Positions 28,197 to 40,586 of a stretch of 64,000 nucleotides of DNA are shown here, in pieces (position 1 is the stretch's first letter; the number at the start of each line of letters is the position of its first letter). The stretch comes from Nitrospirota bacterium (lineage in GTDB: Bacteria > Nitrospirota > Thermodesulfovibrionia > Thermodesulfovibrionales > Dissulfurispiraceae), in the NCBI GenBank assembly GCA_963790025.1, contig CAWBMP010000002.1, forward strand, positions 416,001 through 480,000, given 5' to 3'. Under the pieces are notes generated by a model. It searched no databases. It was not told where the DNA came from and was given only the letters and a program-made list of their open reading frames with translations. Both the position numbers and the translations under genes were made by a program.

Positions 28197-30044
28197 TTAG
28201 TGCGCCTTCGCCCAGTTTTTTCCCCATCCGATCTCGACTTTCAGGGGGACTGAAAGATCAAGGGCAGATTCCATTCCGGTCGCGATTAACTCTCTGGTTT
28301 CATCTATCTCATCTTCCGGTACTTCAAAAAGAAGCTCGTCATGTATTTGCAAGAGCATTCTTGCTGAAAGATTTTTAGCTTTCAGTGCATCTGAAACCCG
28401 CACCATCGCTATCTTGATCAAATCGGCGGCAGTGCCCTGAATTGGGGTATTTATAGCAAGCCGGTCTGCCTGCTGCCTGGTCGCGGCATTTGTGCTAGCA
28501 ATTTCAGGCAACGGTCTTATTCTACCCAGAAGTGTTGTGACGAAGCCGTGCTGTTTTGCAGCATTTATTGTACGCTCCATATACCGTTTCACTCCGGCAT
28601 GTCTATTGAAATATTTTTCTATGAAGGCAGCTGCCTCTTTCGGCGCGATAGAGAGCGCTTCGGACAATCCATAGGAACTCATTCCATACGCAATGCCGAA
28701 ATTTACAACTTTGGCCGCCCTCCTCATATCGGCGGTAACAGCATGGAGATGTACTCCGAATATCTCTGAGGCGGTCCTGGCATGAACATCAATGTTATTT
28801 TTAAAAGCATCAATAAGGCTTTCGTCTTCGCTGATGTGCGCCAATATCCGCAATTCAACCTGGGAGTAGTCAGCTGAAACAAGCAAATATCCTTGGTCGG
28901 CAACAAAAATCTCTCTGATTTTAGTTCCCCACTCACCACGGATTGGAATATTCTGAAGATTGGGATCACTGCTGCTCAACCTGCCAGTTGAGGTAACGGT
29001 CTGGTTAAATGAAGTATGGATACGGCCTGTTCTTTCATTAATCAGTTCCGGGAGAGTGTCCGTATAGGTTGTTTTAAGCTTATAGAGCGTTCGGTAATTA
29101 AGGATTTCCCCGGGGAGATCGTGGGTCTTTGCCAGTTCCTCAAGTACGTCCATACCTGTAGAAAAGCCGGTTTTCGTTTTCTTGAGCGGTTTCATCCCGA
29201 GGTCCTCGAAAAGCACTTTGCAGAGCTGGCGCGGGGAGTTTATGTTAAAGGCGCTGCCGGCAAGAGTATATATTTTTGACTGGAGAGCCTCCAGCTCGCG
29301 TTCGAGTTCCTTTGATAATTCCTCGGTACGTTTTTTGTCGATTTTGATTCCGGCCTCTTCCATATCGGTCAGGATATAGATAAGGGGCATCTCGATGTCA
29401 AAGTAGAGGTGTTCGAGCCCTGCATCCTTCAGCTTGCCGAAAAGAATATCTTTCAGTTCCATTGCCAGTTCGGCATCTTCGGCAGCATACCGTGTGGCCT
29501 CCTCAACCGGGACCTCCGCAAAGGATTGCCTTTTACCCAAAACTTCGGCAAAGGGGCGTTTATTGTGCGCGAGGTGTTCACGCGCCACATCTTCGAGGCT
29601 GTGATCGGGTTTATTCGGGTTCAGCAGGTAGGAAGCCACCATGGTATCATAGAGCATCCCTTGCACGTGGATTCCCTCCTGTTTGAGTATAAGAATGTCA
29701 TATTTCAGATTATGTCCTACCTTCGCAATCGCAGGGTCCTCCAGCACCGGCTTTAAAATGACGACGGCCTCCGGGACATTATATGATCCGGAGTAACTGT
29801 CGGCGTGTCTCCCGGAGTGCCTGATAGGAACATAATATGATCTGCCTTTCTCCCTGCAGAGGGCGATCCCTACAATAGTATCACTCATCGGATCTCTGCC
29901 AGTTGCCTCTATGTCAAATGATAATTCTGAAATAGGGGCGGTCTTAGCCCTTTTGGCTTGCAAGCCCCTGCTTTTGGCGGATATACCTTCGACCTCGTGC
30001 TGCGAATCATGCACATTATCTCCAAAGAGCGGGTATTGTTTCAT
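28197..30044 (-). CDS. polA: DNA polymerase I, 3'-5' exonuclease plus polymerase (Klenow-like) part
   Basis: FDIEATG, GHNLKYD, YAAEDA, TGRLSSSDPNLQNIP, ADYSQVELR, LQIHDEL; ATG at 30044 overlaps the upstream TGA. Confidence 0.92.
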   Translation of the reverse strand: MKQYPLFGDNVHDSQHEVEGISAKSRGLQAKRAKTAPISELSFDIEATGRDPMSDTIVGIALCREKGRSYYVPIRHSGRHADSYSGSYNVPEAVVILKPVLEDPAIAKVGHNLKYDILILKQEGIHVQGMLYDTMVASYLLNPNKPDHSLEDVAREHLAHNKRPFAEVLGKRQSFAEVPVEEATRYAAEDAELAMELKDILFGKLKDAGLEHLYFDIEMPLIYILTDMEEAGIKIDKKRTEELSKELERELEALQSKIYTLAGSAFNINSPRQLCKVLFEDLGMKPLKKTKTGFSTGMDVLEELAKTHDLPGEILNYRTLYKLKTTYTDTLPELINERTGRIHTSFNQTVTSTGRLSSSDPNLQNIPIRGEWGTKIREIFVADQGYLLVSADYSQVELRILAHISEDESLIDAFKNNIDVHARTASEIFGVHLHAVTADMRRAAKVVNFGIAYGMSSYGLSEALSIAPKEAAAFIEKYFNRHAGVKRYMERTINAAKQHGFVTTLLGRIRPLPEIASTNAATRQQADRLAINTPIQGTAADLIKIAMVRVSDALKAKNLSARMLLQIHDELLFEVPEDEIDETRELIATGMESALDLSVPLKVEIGWGKNWAKAH

Positions 30045-30964
30045 GAGGCAAGCCCGAGAAATTCCTGGAGCTGTTCCCTGCTGATAATCGTTACATATTC
30101 TCCCCGCGGCGCATGACCTTGCGAGGGAACAAGCTTTATAAGGCTTTTGAATTCCAGTTCTGTAAACAGGGAAAGGAGCGCCGTCCAATCCGGCCCTTTG
30201 ATCATAAGATCGGGCAGATGGGCCTCAACAGGCAGGTCCATATCGATGGTTGCAAGCGACCGGCTCAGCCTGATTTGTTCGACGTTTTCCGTTATTAACT
30301 TTCTCAGGCGCTTGTTTTCGATTTTTTCGGGATGGTCCAGCAGGCTCTCCAGACCTCCCGCCTTCAAAAGAAGAACTTTGGCGGTCTTTTCCCCGATGCC
30401 TTTTACTCCCGGTATATTATCAACAGCATCGCCACCGAGTGCCATGATTTCGGCAATCTTTTCGGGAGGCATCTCAAAGCGATCTCTAATATATTTATCG
30501 TCAATAATTACTTCTTTCATAGGATCGTAAATCTTGATGAAACTATTAACTGCCTGCATCATGTCTTTATCACCGCTAACAATAAACACGCGGGCCTGCT
30601 GTACAGCGGCTTTCCTCGCAAGTGTGCAGATAACATCGTCCGCCTCATAGCCGGGCATTTCGAAAACTGGAATGTTAAAGGCCTTTATCACCTCCTTGAT
30701 CAGCGGGATCTGAATAATCAGATCGCCCGGCGTTTCGGGCCTCTTTGCCTTATAGTGTTCATAGAGCCTGTGGCGTTCAGTCGGTACCGGGGAATCAAAG
30801 ACTATTGCCAAAGCATCAGGTTTCTTCTCCCGAAGTATCTTCAGTACCATGGTAGTGAAACCGTAAACCGCGTTCGTCGGGATGCCTTTTGAGTTGGTAA
30901 GCTTTTTTATGGCATGGAAGGCCCTGTGAAAATAGGAGTTCCCGTCAATCAGGTAAAGGTCCAT
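30041..30964 (-). CDS. polA: DNA polymerase I, 5'-3' exonuclease part (separate ORF)
   Basis: LIDGNSY, PTNAVYGF, GYEADDVI, SGDKD, DNIPGVKGIGEKTA. Confidence 0.92.
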   Translation of the reverse strand: MDLYLIDGNSYFHRAFHAIKKLTNSKGIPTNAVYGFTTMVLKILREKKPDALAIVFDSPVPTERHRLYEHYKAKRPETPGDLIIQIPLIKEVIKAFNIPVFEMPGYEADDVICTLARKAAVQQARVFIVSGDKDMMQAVNSFIKIYDPMKEVIIDDKYIRDRFEMPPEKIAEIMALGGDAVDNIPGVKGIGEKTAKVLLLKAGGLESLLDHPEKIENKRLRKLITENVEQIRLSRSLATIDMDLPVEAHLPDLMIKGPDWTALLSLFTELEFKSLIKLVPSQGHAPRGEYVTIISREQLQEFLGLAS

Positions 30965-31224
30965 CCCTGATTATAAGACGAGGTAGAGACAAAGGTAAAG
31001 GAAAAGAGTCAAAGAAACCTGGATGTTTATGAAACTTGTTTCCTGTGCCTTTACTCCACCTCTACCTATCCTTGTCTTTGCGGAAAGCTCGCGAATATGG
31101 TAGTATACCCGTGGTGATATTGCATTAGTTTTCCCCATAAATAAGGTCCTTATGGTTGCCGGCTATCCGGCCTGTCAGCGTTTTTAAATTTCAACCTACG
31201 TTGAGTAATTTTGAAGAGAGACTA

Positions 31225-32151
31225 ATGGCAAATAAATACTTTGCAGGTGTTGATATAGGCGGTACCAATATCAGGGCTGCCCTCTTCGATTCAGACGGCA
31301 AGGTAGTGACGAAATCAAAGGCGCCTACCAATAAAGACCCTATGCAGGTGCTCTTCGGATTGTTGGAAACAGTATGTGCGCCCAATGCCCGGGACGTTGC
31401 CGGCATAGGTATTGCTGTTGCTGGGCTGATCGACAGATCAAATGGTGTTGTCATGCGGTCGCCGAACATTCCGAAACTGAACGGTGTAAACCTGAAGTCT
31501 GAAATAGGGAACCTCTATAAGACCCGCATCGTTGTCGAAAACGATGCAAATGCCGCTGCTTATGGTGAAAAAATTTCAGGGGCTGGAAAAAATATCCGAA
31601 ACTTTGTTATGTTCACCCTGGGCACCGGCATCGGCGGCGGAATTGTTTTTCATGACAAACTCCTGGACGTTGCTGCCGAGATAGGCCATATGAGCATCAA
31701 TGCCGGAGGCCGGCAATGCCCCTGCGGCAATGTGGGTTGTTTAGAACTATATGCCTCTGCGACCGCGATTATAGGCAATACCGTTGAAGAGCTGGAAAAA
31801 GGCGGCAGCAGCATTCTCAGGGATTTCAACAATGGTAATTTCTACAAACTTATGGCCGAAGATATTTATAACGCTGCACTCGAAGGAGACCCCCTGGCGA
31901 GGAATGTTTTACGCGAGGCAGGCAAAAGCCTCGGCATAGGCATTGCAAATGTCATTAACATCATGGGCCCCGATGCTATAATCCTTACAGGAGGGCTTAT
32001 AGGGGCCTTGAACATTTATATAGAAACCGCAATAAAGGAGGCATCGAAAAGAGCTTTAAAGGAGCTTTATGACAATGTGCAGATAATTGTTTCGACGCTG
32101 GGAGAAGATGCCGGACTCATCGGCGCCGCACATCTGGTTTTAGATGTTTAA
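31225..32151 (+). CDS. ROK-family sugar kinase (glucokinase-like)
   Basis: GVDIGGT, ENDANAAA, LGTGIGGG, EIGH, CPCGNVGCLE. Confidence 0.93.
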   Translation: MANKYFAGVDIGGTNIRAALFDSDGKVVTKSKAPTNKDPMQVLFGLLETVCAPNARDVAGIGIAVAGLIDRSNGVVMRSPNIPKLNGVNLKSEIGNLYKTRIVVENDANAAAYGEKISGAGKNIRNFVMFTLGTGIGGGIVFHDKLLDVAAEIGHMSINAGGRQCPCGNVGCLELYASATAIIGNTVEELEKGGSSILRDFNNGNFYKLMAEDIYNAALEGDPLARNVLREAGKSLGIGIANVINIMGPDAIILTGGLIGALNIYIETAIKEASKRALKELYDNVQIIVSTLGEDAGLIGAAHLVLDV

Positions 32152-32166
32152 TTCTGATTGAGTATC

Positions 32167-33957
32167 ATGCCAAAAAACATCCGCAATTTTACGATAATTG
32201 CACATATTGACCACGGAAAGTCCACCCTTGCCGACAGGCTGCTTGAATTTACCGGGGCCGTGAGTTCCAGAGATATGATGGAGCAGGTGCTCGACACCAT
32301 GGACCTGGAGCGTGAGCGGGGCATTACAATCAAGGCGCATGCGGTCAGACTCGGCTATAAGGCCGATGACGGCAATGAGTATATACTTAATCTTATCGAT
32401 ACTCCGGGACATGTCGATTTTTCATATGAGGTATCAAGGAGTCTCGCCTCGTGCGAGGGAAGTCTGCTGGTTGTGGATGCCACTCAGGGCGTTGAGGCAC
32501 AGACCCTCGCCAATACATATCTTGCCCTCGAACATGATCATGAAATCATTCCTGTAATCAACAAAATTGACCTGCCCGGCGCAGAACCGCAGAGGGTCAA
32601 GGAGCAGATAGAGGAAGCAATAGGAATAGATTGCTCCGAGGCGATCCTCGCCAGCGCAAAAGAGGGTATCGGCACAAAGGAGATACTCGAGGCCATTGTC
32701 AGGAGGGTGCCCCCTCCTAAAGGTACAGCCGAGGCGCCGTTAAAGGCCCTTATCTTCGATTCATGGTTTGATAACTATCAGGGTGTAATCGTGCTTGTCA
32801 GGGTCTTTGACGGAACAGTGCGGCCCGGCATGAAGATGAGACTGATGGCGGGAGCAAAGGAATACGAGATCACTAAAGTCGGCATATTCACGCCCAAAAT
32901 GGAAGATGTGCCTCAACTGTCGGCAGGTGATGTGGGATATATTATTGCGGGCATCAAGACGGTCGGTGATACAAAAATAGGAGATACCATTACTGATGCG
33001 GCCCGCCCTGCAGAAAGCCAACTGCCGGGGTATAAGGAAATCAAACCCATGGTGTTTTCCGGACTCTATCCTGTTGAAAACATTTATTATGAGGAGCTTA
33101 AGAACGCCCTCGAGAAGCTGCGTTTGAACGATTCCTCGTTCAGATTCGAGCCGGAGACCTCTTCAGCACTGGGTTTCGGCTTCCGGTGCGGCTTTCTGGG
33201 ACTCCTGCATATGGAGATCATAAAAGAGCGGCTCGAAAGGGAATTTCAGCTTTCGCTCATCACTACCGCCCCCACGGTCATCTATAAAGTGATGGGGACA
33301 AACGGCGACGATTTTTTTATTGACAACCCAAGCAGTCTTCCGGACCGCTTTGAGAAGATAGAGGAGCCATATGTAAAAGTATCGGTCTTCGTGCCTCAGG
33401 AATACGTAGGCCAGATACTCGAGCTTTGCCAGGAAAAACGCGGAACGCAGACTGAATTCACCTTTATCAGCAAAGACCGTATAATGGTGGTCTATGAGAT
33501 ACCGCTCAATGAGATCCTATGGGATTTCTACGACCGGCTCAAATCGGTTTCGCGCGGCTACGCATCCATGGATTACGAATTCATAGGTTACCGTCCGTCC
33601 AAACTGGTAAAGCTGGATGTTTTGCTTAACGGAGAACCTGTTGACGCCCTCTCCTTGATTGTCCACAGCGATACATCTTATTATAAGGGTCGGCAGCTTG
33701 TGGAAAAGCTGAGACAGGTTATCCCACGGCAAATGTTCGAAATCTCTATACAGGCCGCCATCGGAGGTAAGATAATAGCTCGGGAAAGTGTCAAGGCGAT
33801 GAGAAAAAATGTCCTCGCCAAATGCTACGGAGGCGATATCACAAGAAAAAGAAAACTGATCGAGAAACAAAAAGAGGGTAAAAAGAAAATGAAGCAGATC
33901 GGAAAGGTGGAAATCCCCCAGGAAGCCTTCCTGTCTGTTCTCAAAGTTAAAGAATAG
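32167..33957 (+). CDS. lepA: Elongation factor 4
   Basis: [36 protein letters not shown]. Confidence 0.98.
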   Translation: MPKNIRNFTIIAHIDHGKSTLADRLLEFTGAVSSRDMMEQVLDTMDLERERGITIKAHAVRLGYKADDGNEYILNLIDTPGHVDFSYEVSRSLASCEGSLLVVDATQGVEAQTLANTYLALEHDHEIIPVINKIDLPGAEPQRVKEQIEEAIGIDCSEAILASAKEGIGTKEILEAIVRRVPPPKGTAEAPLKALIFDSWFDNYQGVIVLVRVFDGTVRPGMKMRLMAGAKEYEITKVGIFTPKMEDVPQLSAGDVGYIIAGIKTVGDTKIGDTITDAARPAESQLPGYKEIKPMVFSGLYPVENIYYEELKNALEKLRLNDSSFRFEPETSSALGFGFRCGFLGLLHMEIIKERLEREFQLSLITTAPTVIYKVMGTNGDDFFIDNPSSLPDRFEKIEEPYVKVSVFVPQEYVGQILELCQEKRGTQTEFTFISKDRIMVVYEIPLNEILWDFYDRLKSVSRGYASMDYEFIGYRPSKLVKLDVLLNGEPVDALSLIVHSDTSYYKGRQLVEKLRQVIPRQMFEISIQAAIGGKIIARESVKAMRKNVLAKCYGGDITRKRKLIEKQKEGKKKMKQIGKVEIPQEAFLSVLKVKE

Positions 33958-34032
33958 AAACTGAAAAGATGAAATAGAGAGACACAGAGAGGCGGCACGT
34001 GGGGCCATTTTACCCACTCTTAAGGGCAGGGT

Positions 34033-34059
34033 CCCCGAAAAGTCGAAGACTTTCCGGGG
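34033..34059. repeat. REP-like hairpin
   Basis: CCCCGAAAAGTC-GAA-GACTTTCCGGGG. Confidence 0.5.
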
Positions 34060-34158
34060 TGCTGTTTGAGGGGTCGAAGGGGAGTTATGAAGAGAGGCTA
34101 ATTAAAAAGGTTTTCTCTGTTCCTCTGTGGTTAATTATTAATAAAAAAGGAGAAGAGT

Positions 34159-34764
34159 TTGGAAAAGAAACAGAATAAGGCTTTGGAATATATAAAAGCC
34201 ATCGGCACTGCGCTGGTCCTTGCGCTTATTATAAGGACCTATGTAGTACAGGCCTTCAAGATACCGTCGGGGTCCATGATTCCGACGCTGCTCATAGGTG
34301 ATCATCTCCTGGTGAACAAATTTATATATGGAACACAGGTCCCTTTTAGTGATAAAAAGATCCTGATTATTACTCAGCCAAAGAGAGGCGATATTGTTGT
34401 TTTTAAATATCCTGAAGATTTGAGTAAGGACTTCATCAAAAGGGTCATCGGCGTAGAAGGCGACATCGTCGAGGAGAAGAATAAAGTGGTCTATGTGAAC
34501 GGGAAACCTTTAGTTGAGCCATACACACAGCATACGGATAATTCCATAAACAGCATTGAACCTAGGGACAATTTCGGCCCCTACCTTGTCCCCATGGGCA
34601 AGATTTTCGTCATGGGTGACAACAGGGACCAGAGCTACGACAGCAGGTATTGGGGCTATGTCGATCTTAAGCTTATCAAGGGCAAAGCAATGATAATATA
34701 CTGGTCCTGGGACAGTACAAATAGCTCCCCTCGGTTCAGCAGAATCGGAAGAATAGTAAAATAA
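34159..34764 (+). CDS. lepB: Signal peptidase I
   Basis: IPSGSMIPTL, FIKRVIG, GDNRDQSYDSR; AGGAG before TTG. Confidence 0.96.
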   Translation: MEKKQNKALEYIKAIGTALVLALIIRTYVVQAFKIPSGSMIPTLLIGDHLLVNKFIYGTQVPFSDKKILIITQPKRGDIVVFKYPEDLSKDFIKRVIGVEGDIVEEKNKVVYVNGKPLVEPYTQHTDNSINSIEPRDNFGPYLVPMGKIFVMGDNRDQSYDSRYWGYVDLKLIKGKAMIIYWSWDSTNSSPRFSRIGRIVK

Positions 34765-34873
34765 AAAACAGGCCATAGGCAATAGGCGATGGACGATAGG
34801 AACAGAAAAAAGAATATTTTTGGTGTTATGACCCATAGCCTATTGCCTATAGCCCAGCGCCTTTTATAATTAT

Positions 34874-35509
34874 ATGTTTACCGGATTGATCATGGAAATG
34901 GGTAGCATTGCCGCTCTCGAAAAAAGGGCCGGGAACGCAAGGCTTTCGGTCGGGGCAGGCGATATTGTCCATGATACCTCAATCGGCGACAGCATTGCAG
35001 TCAACGGCATATGCCTTACTGTGACCGCAGTAGATAAAAACATTCTTTTCTTTGATGTTTCCTATGAGACGTTAAATAGCACCAACCTTGAAAGTCTGAA
35101 AAAAGGTGACCGTGTAAACCTGGAACCCTCTTTGAAGCCGAATTCGAAACTGGGCGGTCATTTCGTTACAGGCCATATCGATGGCGCCGGCAAAATACGG
35201 TCAAAGACGGTTTCTGGAAACGCGGTGAGAATTGAAATAGAAGCTTCCACGAACATCTTGAAGTACCTCGTCGAAAAAGGCTCGGTTGCCGTGGACGGCA
35301 TAAGCCTCACCGTAGTTGATGTACTTAAGGATGCCTTCAGCGTGGTTATTATACCCCACACCGCAAAATTGACAACATTGGGCTTTAAGGGAGCAGGCGA
35401 TACTGTTAATCTGGAGCCCGACATTCTTGCCAAATATGTAGAGAAGTTCATCCGTCCCGACAGCGGGTCCTCTCTGCTTTCGGCTCTGAAACAATCAGGA
35501 TTCATGTAA
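34874..35509 (+). CDS. ribE: Riboflavin synthase (alpha chain)
   Basis: MFTGLI, GDSIAVNGICLT, GGHFVTGH. Confidence 0.96.
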   Translation: MFTGLIMEMGSIAALEKRAGNARLSVGAGDIVHDTSIGDSIAVNGICLTVTAVDKNILFFDVSYETLNSTNLESLKKGDRVNLEPSLKPNSKLGGHFVTGHIDGAGKIRSKTVSGNAVRIEIEASTNILKYLVEKGSVAVDGISLTVVDVLKDAFSVVIIPHTAKLTTLGFKGAGDTVNLEPDILAKYVEKFIRPDSGSSLLSALKQSGFM

Positions 35510-35582
35510 AGACAGGCGGTTTCTCTTTCTGTTATAATATCTTTTTCTCTTTGGAAAAGGCGCACGTTACGGAGGTCTCTCA

Positions 35583-36797
35583 GTGGAAAAAGCTAAAATT
35601 AATACGATCGAAGAAGCCCTTGATGATATTTCGAAAGGCAGAATGGTCATCCTCGTGGATGATGAGGACAGGGAAAACGAGGGAGACCTTTGTATGGCTG
35701 CTGAAAAGGTCAGTCCCGATGCCATTAATTTTATGGCAAAGTACGGCAGAGGGCTCATCTGCCTGTCGCTGACCCCCCAAAGAGTCGATGACCTTAAGCT
35801 TCCCATGATGACCGACGACAATACGTCTACCTTCGGTACTGCGTTTACCGTATCCATAGAGGCCAAAAAAGGCGTTACCACGGGGATCTCGGCACATGAC
35901 CGGGCACATACTATCCTCACTGCTATTGACCCCAAGTCCAGGCCGGAAGACATTGCCAGGCCGGGCCACATTTTTCCGTTGAGGGCCAAACGCGGCGGTG
36001 TTTTACAACGGGCCGGACAAACGGAAGGCTCCGTCGACCTTGCAAGGCTCGCAGGACTTAACCCTTCAGGAGTTATCTGCGAGATCATGAACGATGACGG
36101 CAGCATGGCGAGGATGCCGCAACTTTTGGAATTCGCAAAACAGCATAAATTAAAAGTGATAACGGTCAAAGACCTGATCCGGTACAGGATGCGTGCTGAA
36201 CGTTTCGTCAGGAGGATCGCTACGGTCCAGATGCCAACGAAGTACGGCGGCGATTTTACAGCCATTGCCTATGCTAATGACGTTGACAGGAATATTCATA
36301 TAGCGCTGGTCAAGGGAGAAATCAAACATGAGGATAAAGTCCTCGTGAGAGTGCATTCCGAGTGCCTTACCGGTGACGTGTTCGGTTCGAAGCGGTGTGA
36401 CTGCGGCGACCAGTTGCATAAGGCAATGGAAATCATAAAAACAGAGGGCAAGGGAGTTGTCCTTTACATGCGACAGGAAGGCAGGGGAATAGGGCTTGCA
36501 AACAAGCTTCTGGCTTATGAACTCCAGGACAAGGGCCTTGATACGGTCGAAGCCAACCTCAAACTCGGGTTTAAGGCCGACCTGAGAGACTATGGCATCG
36601 GCGCCCAGATACTGGTAGATCTCGGAATTAAGAAAATGCGGCTGATCACGAACAACCCGAAGAAAATCGTGGGACTTGAAGGTTACGGGATTAAGGTTGT
36701 AGAACGGGTGCCGGCTGAAGTCCAGCCGCACGACAAAAACATTATTTATCTGCAGACCAAAAAGAAGAAAATGGGCCACATCCTGGAGAACGTATAA
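35583..36797 (+). CDS. ribBA: DHBP synthase / GTP cyclohydrolase II
   Basis: [32 protein letters not shown]. Confidence 0.97.
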   Translation: MEKAKINTIEEALDDISKGRMVILVDDEDRENEGDLCMAAEKVSPDAINFMAKYGRGLICLSLTPQRVDDLKLPMMTDDNTSTFGTAFTVSIEAKKGVTTGISAHDRAHTILTAIDPKSRPEDIARPGHIFPLRAKRGGVLQRAGQTEGSVDLARLAGLNPSGVICEIMNDDGSMARMPQLLEFAKQHKLKVITVKDLIRYRMRAERFVRRIATVQMPTKYGGDFTAIAYANDVDRNIHIALVKGEIKHEDKVLVRVHSECLTGDVFGSKRCDCGDQLHKAMEIIKTEGKGVVLYMRQEGRGIGLANKLLAYELQDKGLDTVEANLKLGFKADLRDYGIGAQILVDLGIKKMRLITNNPKKIVGLEGYGIKVVERVPAEVQPHDKNIIYLQTKKKKMGHILENV

Positions 36798-36806
36798 AGG
36801 CAAAAG

Positions 36807-36879
36807 CGCGCCTGGGAGGATTCGAACCTCTGGCCCTCAGCTCCGGAGGCTGATGCTCTATCCACTGAGCTACAGGCGC
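36807..36879 (-). tRNA. tRNA-Arg(CCG)
   Basis: Cloverleaf; anticodon loop CTCCGGA. Confidence 0.93.
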
Positions 36880-36956
36880 ATTTAAAGCGCGTAAGAAGTG
36901 AAAAGTAAATGCTAATAAAAAAGAGGTCTTTTACTTTTTACTTTTTACTTGTTTTT

Positions 36957-37033
36957 TGGGGTGGGCGAGGGGACTCGAACCCCCAACGTCTGGATCCACA
37001 ATCCAGTGCTCTAACCATTGAACTACGCCCACC
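36957..37033 (-). tRNA. tRNA-His(GTG)
   Basis: Cloverleaf with extra 5' G and encoded CCA; loop TTGTGGA. Confidence 0.93.
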
Positions 37034-37097
37034 AAAATGCGTACAGCGTTGTGCGCCACACGCTCACTTCCTGATTCTTAGTAGTCGTATATTACAA

Positions 37098-37171
37098 TGC
37101 GCCTGAAGGGATTCGAACCCCTGGCCCTCTGCTTAGAAGGCAGATGCTCTATCCAACTGAGCTACAGGCGC
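37098..37171 (-). tRNA. tRNA-Arg(TCT)
   Basis: Loop CTTCTAA. Confidence 0.93.
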
Positions 37172-37210
37172 AAAAACAAAAGGACCATCGGCCTTTTGCC
37201 TGTTTTTGGT

Positions 37211-37289
<79 letters not shown>

Positions 37290-37576
37290 TAAACATTTAC
37301 TCTACTAAATAGGCGGAATAAAAGTCAATTTTAGAATGTATTATTAAACCAGAGAGAACGCAGAGAAAACCATTGATTAAAAAACAAAACTGAAAGCACC
37401 TTTCAAAGACGTATCCCTCAGTGCAGAGAGAAGCACTCCGAGCACACCAAAAAACTTTTCTTGGTTTCTTTTTACAAGGTACACCTCTGTGTGCTCTGTG
37501 GTTTGCTTTTTTTCATGCCGTTTGCAAAAATGTGATTGACAATAGTAGAATAGTTGCCCTATATTAGTAAGTTAAA

Positions 37577-37649
<73 letters not shown>

Positions 37650-37653
37650 TAAC

Positions 37654-37738
<85 letters not shown>

Positions 37739-37913
37739 GTAAAAACAAGTTAAAAGTAAAAAGTCAAAAGTGAGAAACTGAGAAACAAAGTAATGAAGAA
37801 TTCTTGTAACTTCTTTGTTCTTAACCTTTACTTTTCATTTTTTACTTTTCACTAGCCTTAATGTGTCTGTAGCATAAAATTTTTTTTTGTTTTATAATAT
37901 ACATTTGCTGCTC

Positions 37914-37985
37914 GCGGGAGTAGCTCAGTGGTAGAGCGTCAGCCTTCCAAGCTGAGGGTCGCGGGTTCGAATCCCGTTTCCCGCT
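37914..37985 (+). tRNA. tRNA-Gly(TCC)
   Basis: Loop CTTCCAA. Confidence 0.95.
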
Positions 37986-37987
37986 CT

Positions 37988-38060
37988 GCCCATGTAGCTC
38001 AGTTGGCAGAGCACATCCTTGGTAAGGATGAGGTCACCGGTCCGATTCCGGTCATGGGCT
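37988..38060 (+). tRNA. tRNA-Thr(GGT)
   Basis: Loop TTGGTAA; canonical position before tuf; T-loop reads TCCGATT. Confidence 0.9.
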
Positions 38061-38197
38061 TTCGAGAACAACATACTGCGTACAGGATTCAGCGTTGTAC
38101 GTATGAAATTAAATTTAATATTTTTGACGTTGTAGGCTGAACCGGCAGTAGGTGCCATAAGCACGCAGCACGCTGAACGCGAAATGGAGGAGGAGAT

Positions 38198-39397
<1,200 letters not shown>

Positions 39398-39400
39398 GCC

Positions 39401-39553
39401 ATGCGAGATATAATCCTGTTTCAGTGCACCGAGTGCAAAAATAAGAATTATTCAAATATGAAAAATAAGAAGAATACTACCGAGAAGCTTCAGCTCAAAA
39501 AGTATTGCAGGCATTGCAAAAAGCATAGCATACATAAGGAGACAAAAGCTTAA
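39401..39553 (+). CDS. rpmG: 50S ribosomal protein L33 (Zn-ribbon type)
   Basis: Manual translation [17 protein letters not shown]...[19 protein letters not shown]; synteny. Confidence 0.96.
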   Translation: MRDIILFQCTECKNKNYSNMKNKKNTTEKLQLKKYCRHCKKHSIHKETKA

Positions 39554-39630
39554 GAAACGACATGGCGTGCTGCGTTCAGCGTACCGTGTACAAAAACTCA
39601 GAACGCTGAACGCAGCACGCTGTAAGCAGT

Positions 39631-39706
39631 AGGCCAGTAGCTCTAACGGCAGAGCATCGGACTCCAAATCCGAGGGCTGGGGGTTCAAATCCCTCCTGGC
39701 CTGCCA
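39631..39706 (+). tRNA. tRNA-Trp(CCA)
   Basis: Loop CTCCAAA, CCA end; lies between rpmG and secE. Confidence 0.95.
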
Positions 39707-39744
39707 TAAGAAAGCTCATGGCTTATAGCCATTTAGGAGACGAA

Positions 39745-39930
39745 ATGTTTGAGAAGATCAAATTTTTTTTTAAAGACGTGAGAACAGAGGCAAAAAAGGT
39801 TAATTATCCAACCAGGGATGAGCTTGTGGGCTCTACATGGGTTGTTATTACAACGGTGGTAATAGTCTCGATATTTCTGGGGATTGTCGATGTAAGTCTG
39901 TCCAAAATTGTGAAATTGCTCGTAAGGTAA
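39745..39930 (+). CDS. secE: Preprotein translocase SecE
   Basis: EAKKVNYPTRDE plus TM; AGGAG RBS; synteny. Confidence 0.93.
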   Translation: MFEKIKFFFKDVRTEAKKVNYPTRDELVGSTWVVITTVVIVSIFLGIVDVSLSKIVKLLVR

Positions 39931-39938
39931 GGGAGACG

Positions 39939-40463
39939 ATGGGAAAGAGCTGGTACGTTGTGCACACATATTCAGGCTACGAGGAAAAGGTAAAAATTTC
40001 TATAGAAGAAAAGGTCAAGTTAAAAGGACTTGAAGAAAAAATTACCAGGATACTGATTCCCTCTGAAAAAGTTGTGGAACTCAAAGGGAAAAAGAAAAGG
40101 GAGAGCGACAGGAAGTTTTATCCCGGTTATATCCTCGTGGAAATGGAACTGGATGACGATACCTGGCATCTCGTTAAGAATGCTCCACGTGTAACAGGCT
40201 TTGTAGGCGGTGCCAAGCCGGTTCCTCTTCCTGAAGAAGAGGTGGAAGTTATTCTTCAGCAGATCGAAAAAGGACCTGCGCCGATGGTGAAGAGCCAGTA
40301 TGAAAAGGGCGAAAACGTCAGGATTATCGACGGCCCATTCAGCAGCTTTGTCGGCTATGTGGATGAGGTTGATATGGACCACGGGAGGATGCGCGTTATG
40401 GTAAGCATATTCGGGAGGCAGACGCCCGTAGAACTAGCCTTCTCGCAGGTGGAAAAAGCATAA
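39939..40463 (+). CDS. nusG: Transcription factor NusG
   Basis: WYVVHTYSGYE, FYPGY, VSIFGRQTPVEL. Confidence 0.98.
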   Translation: MGKSWYVVHTYSGYEEKVKISIEEKVKLKGLEEKITRILIPSEKVVELKGKKKRESDRKFYPGYILVEMELDDDTWHLVKNAPRVTGFVGGAKPVPLPEEEVEVILQQIEKGPAPMVKSQYEKGENVRIIDGPFSSFVGYVDEVDMDHGRMRVMVSIFGRQTPVELAFSQVEKA

Positions 40464-40586
40464 AAACAGGCAATGGGCTATAGGCAATAGGCGATGGGTC
40501 AAAGAAAAAAAGATTTTGTTGTTCTTGTCTTTGCCTATGGCCTATCGCCTATAGCCTATCACCTGTTTTAAATTTGGAGGTTATAG

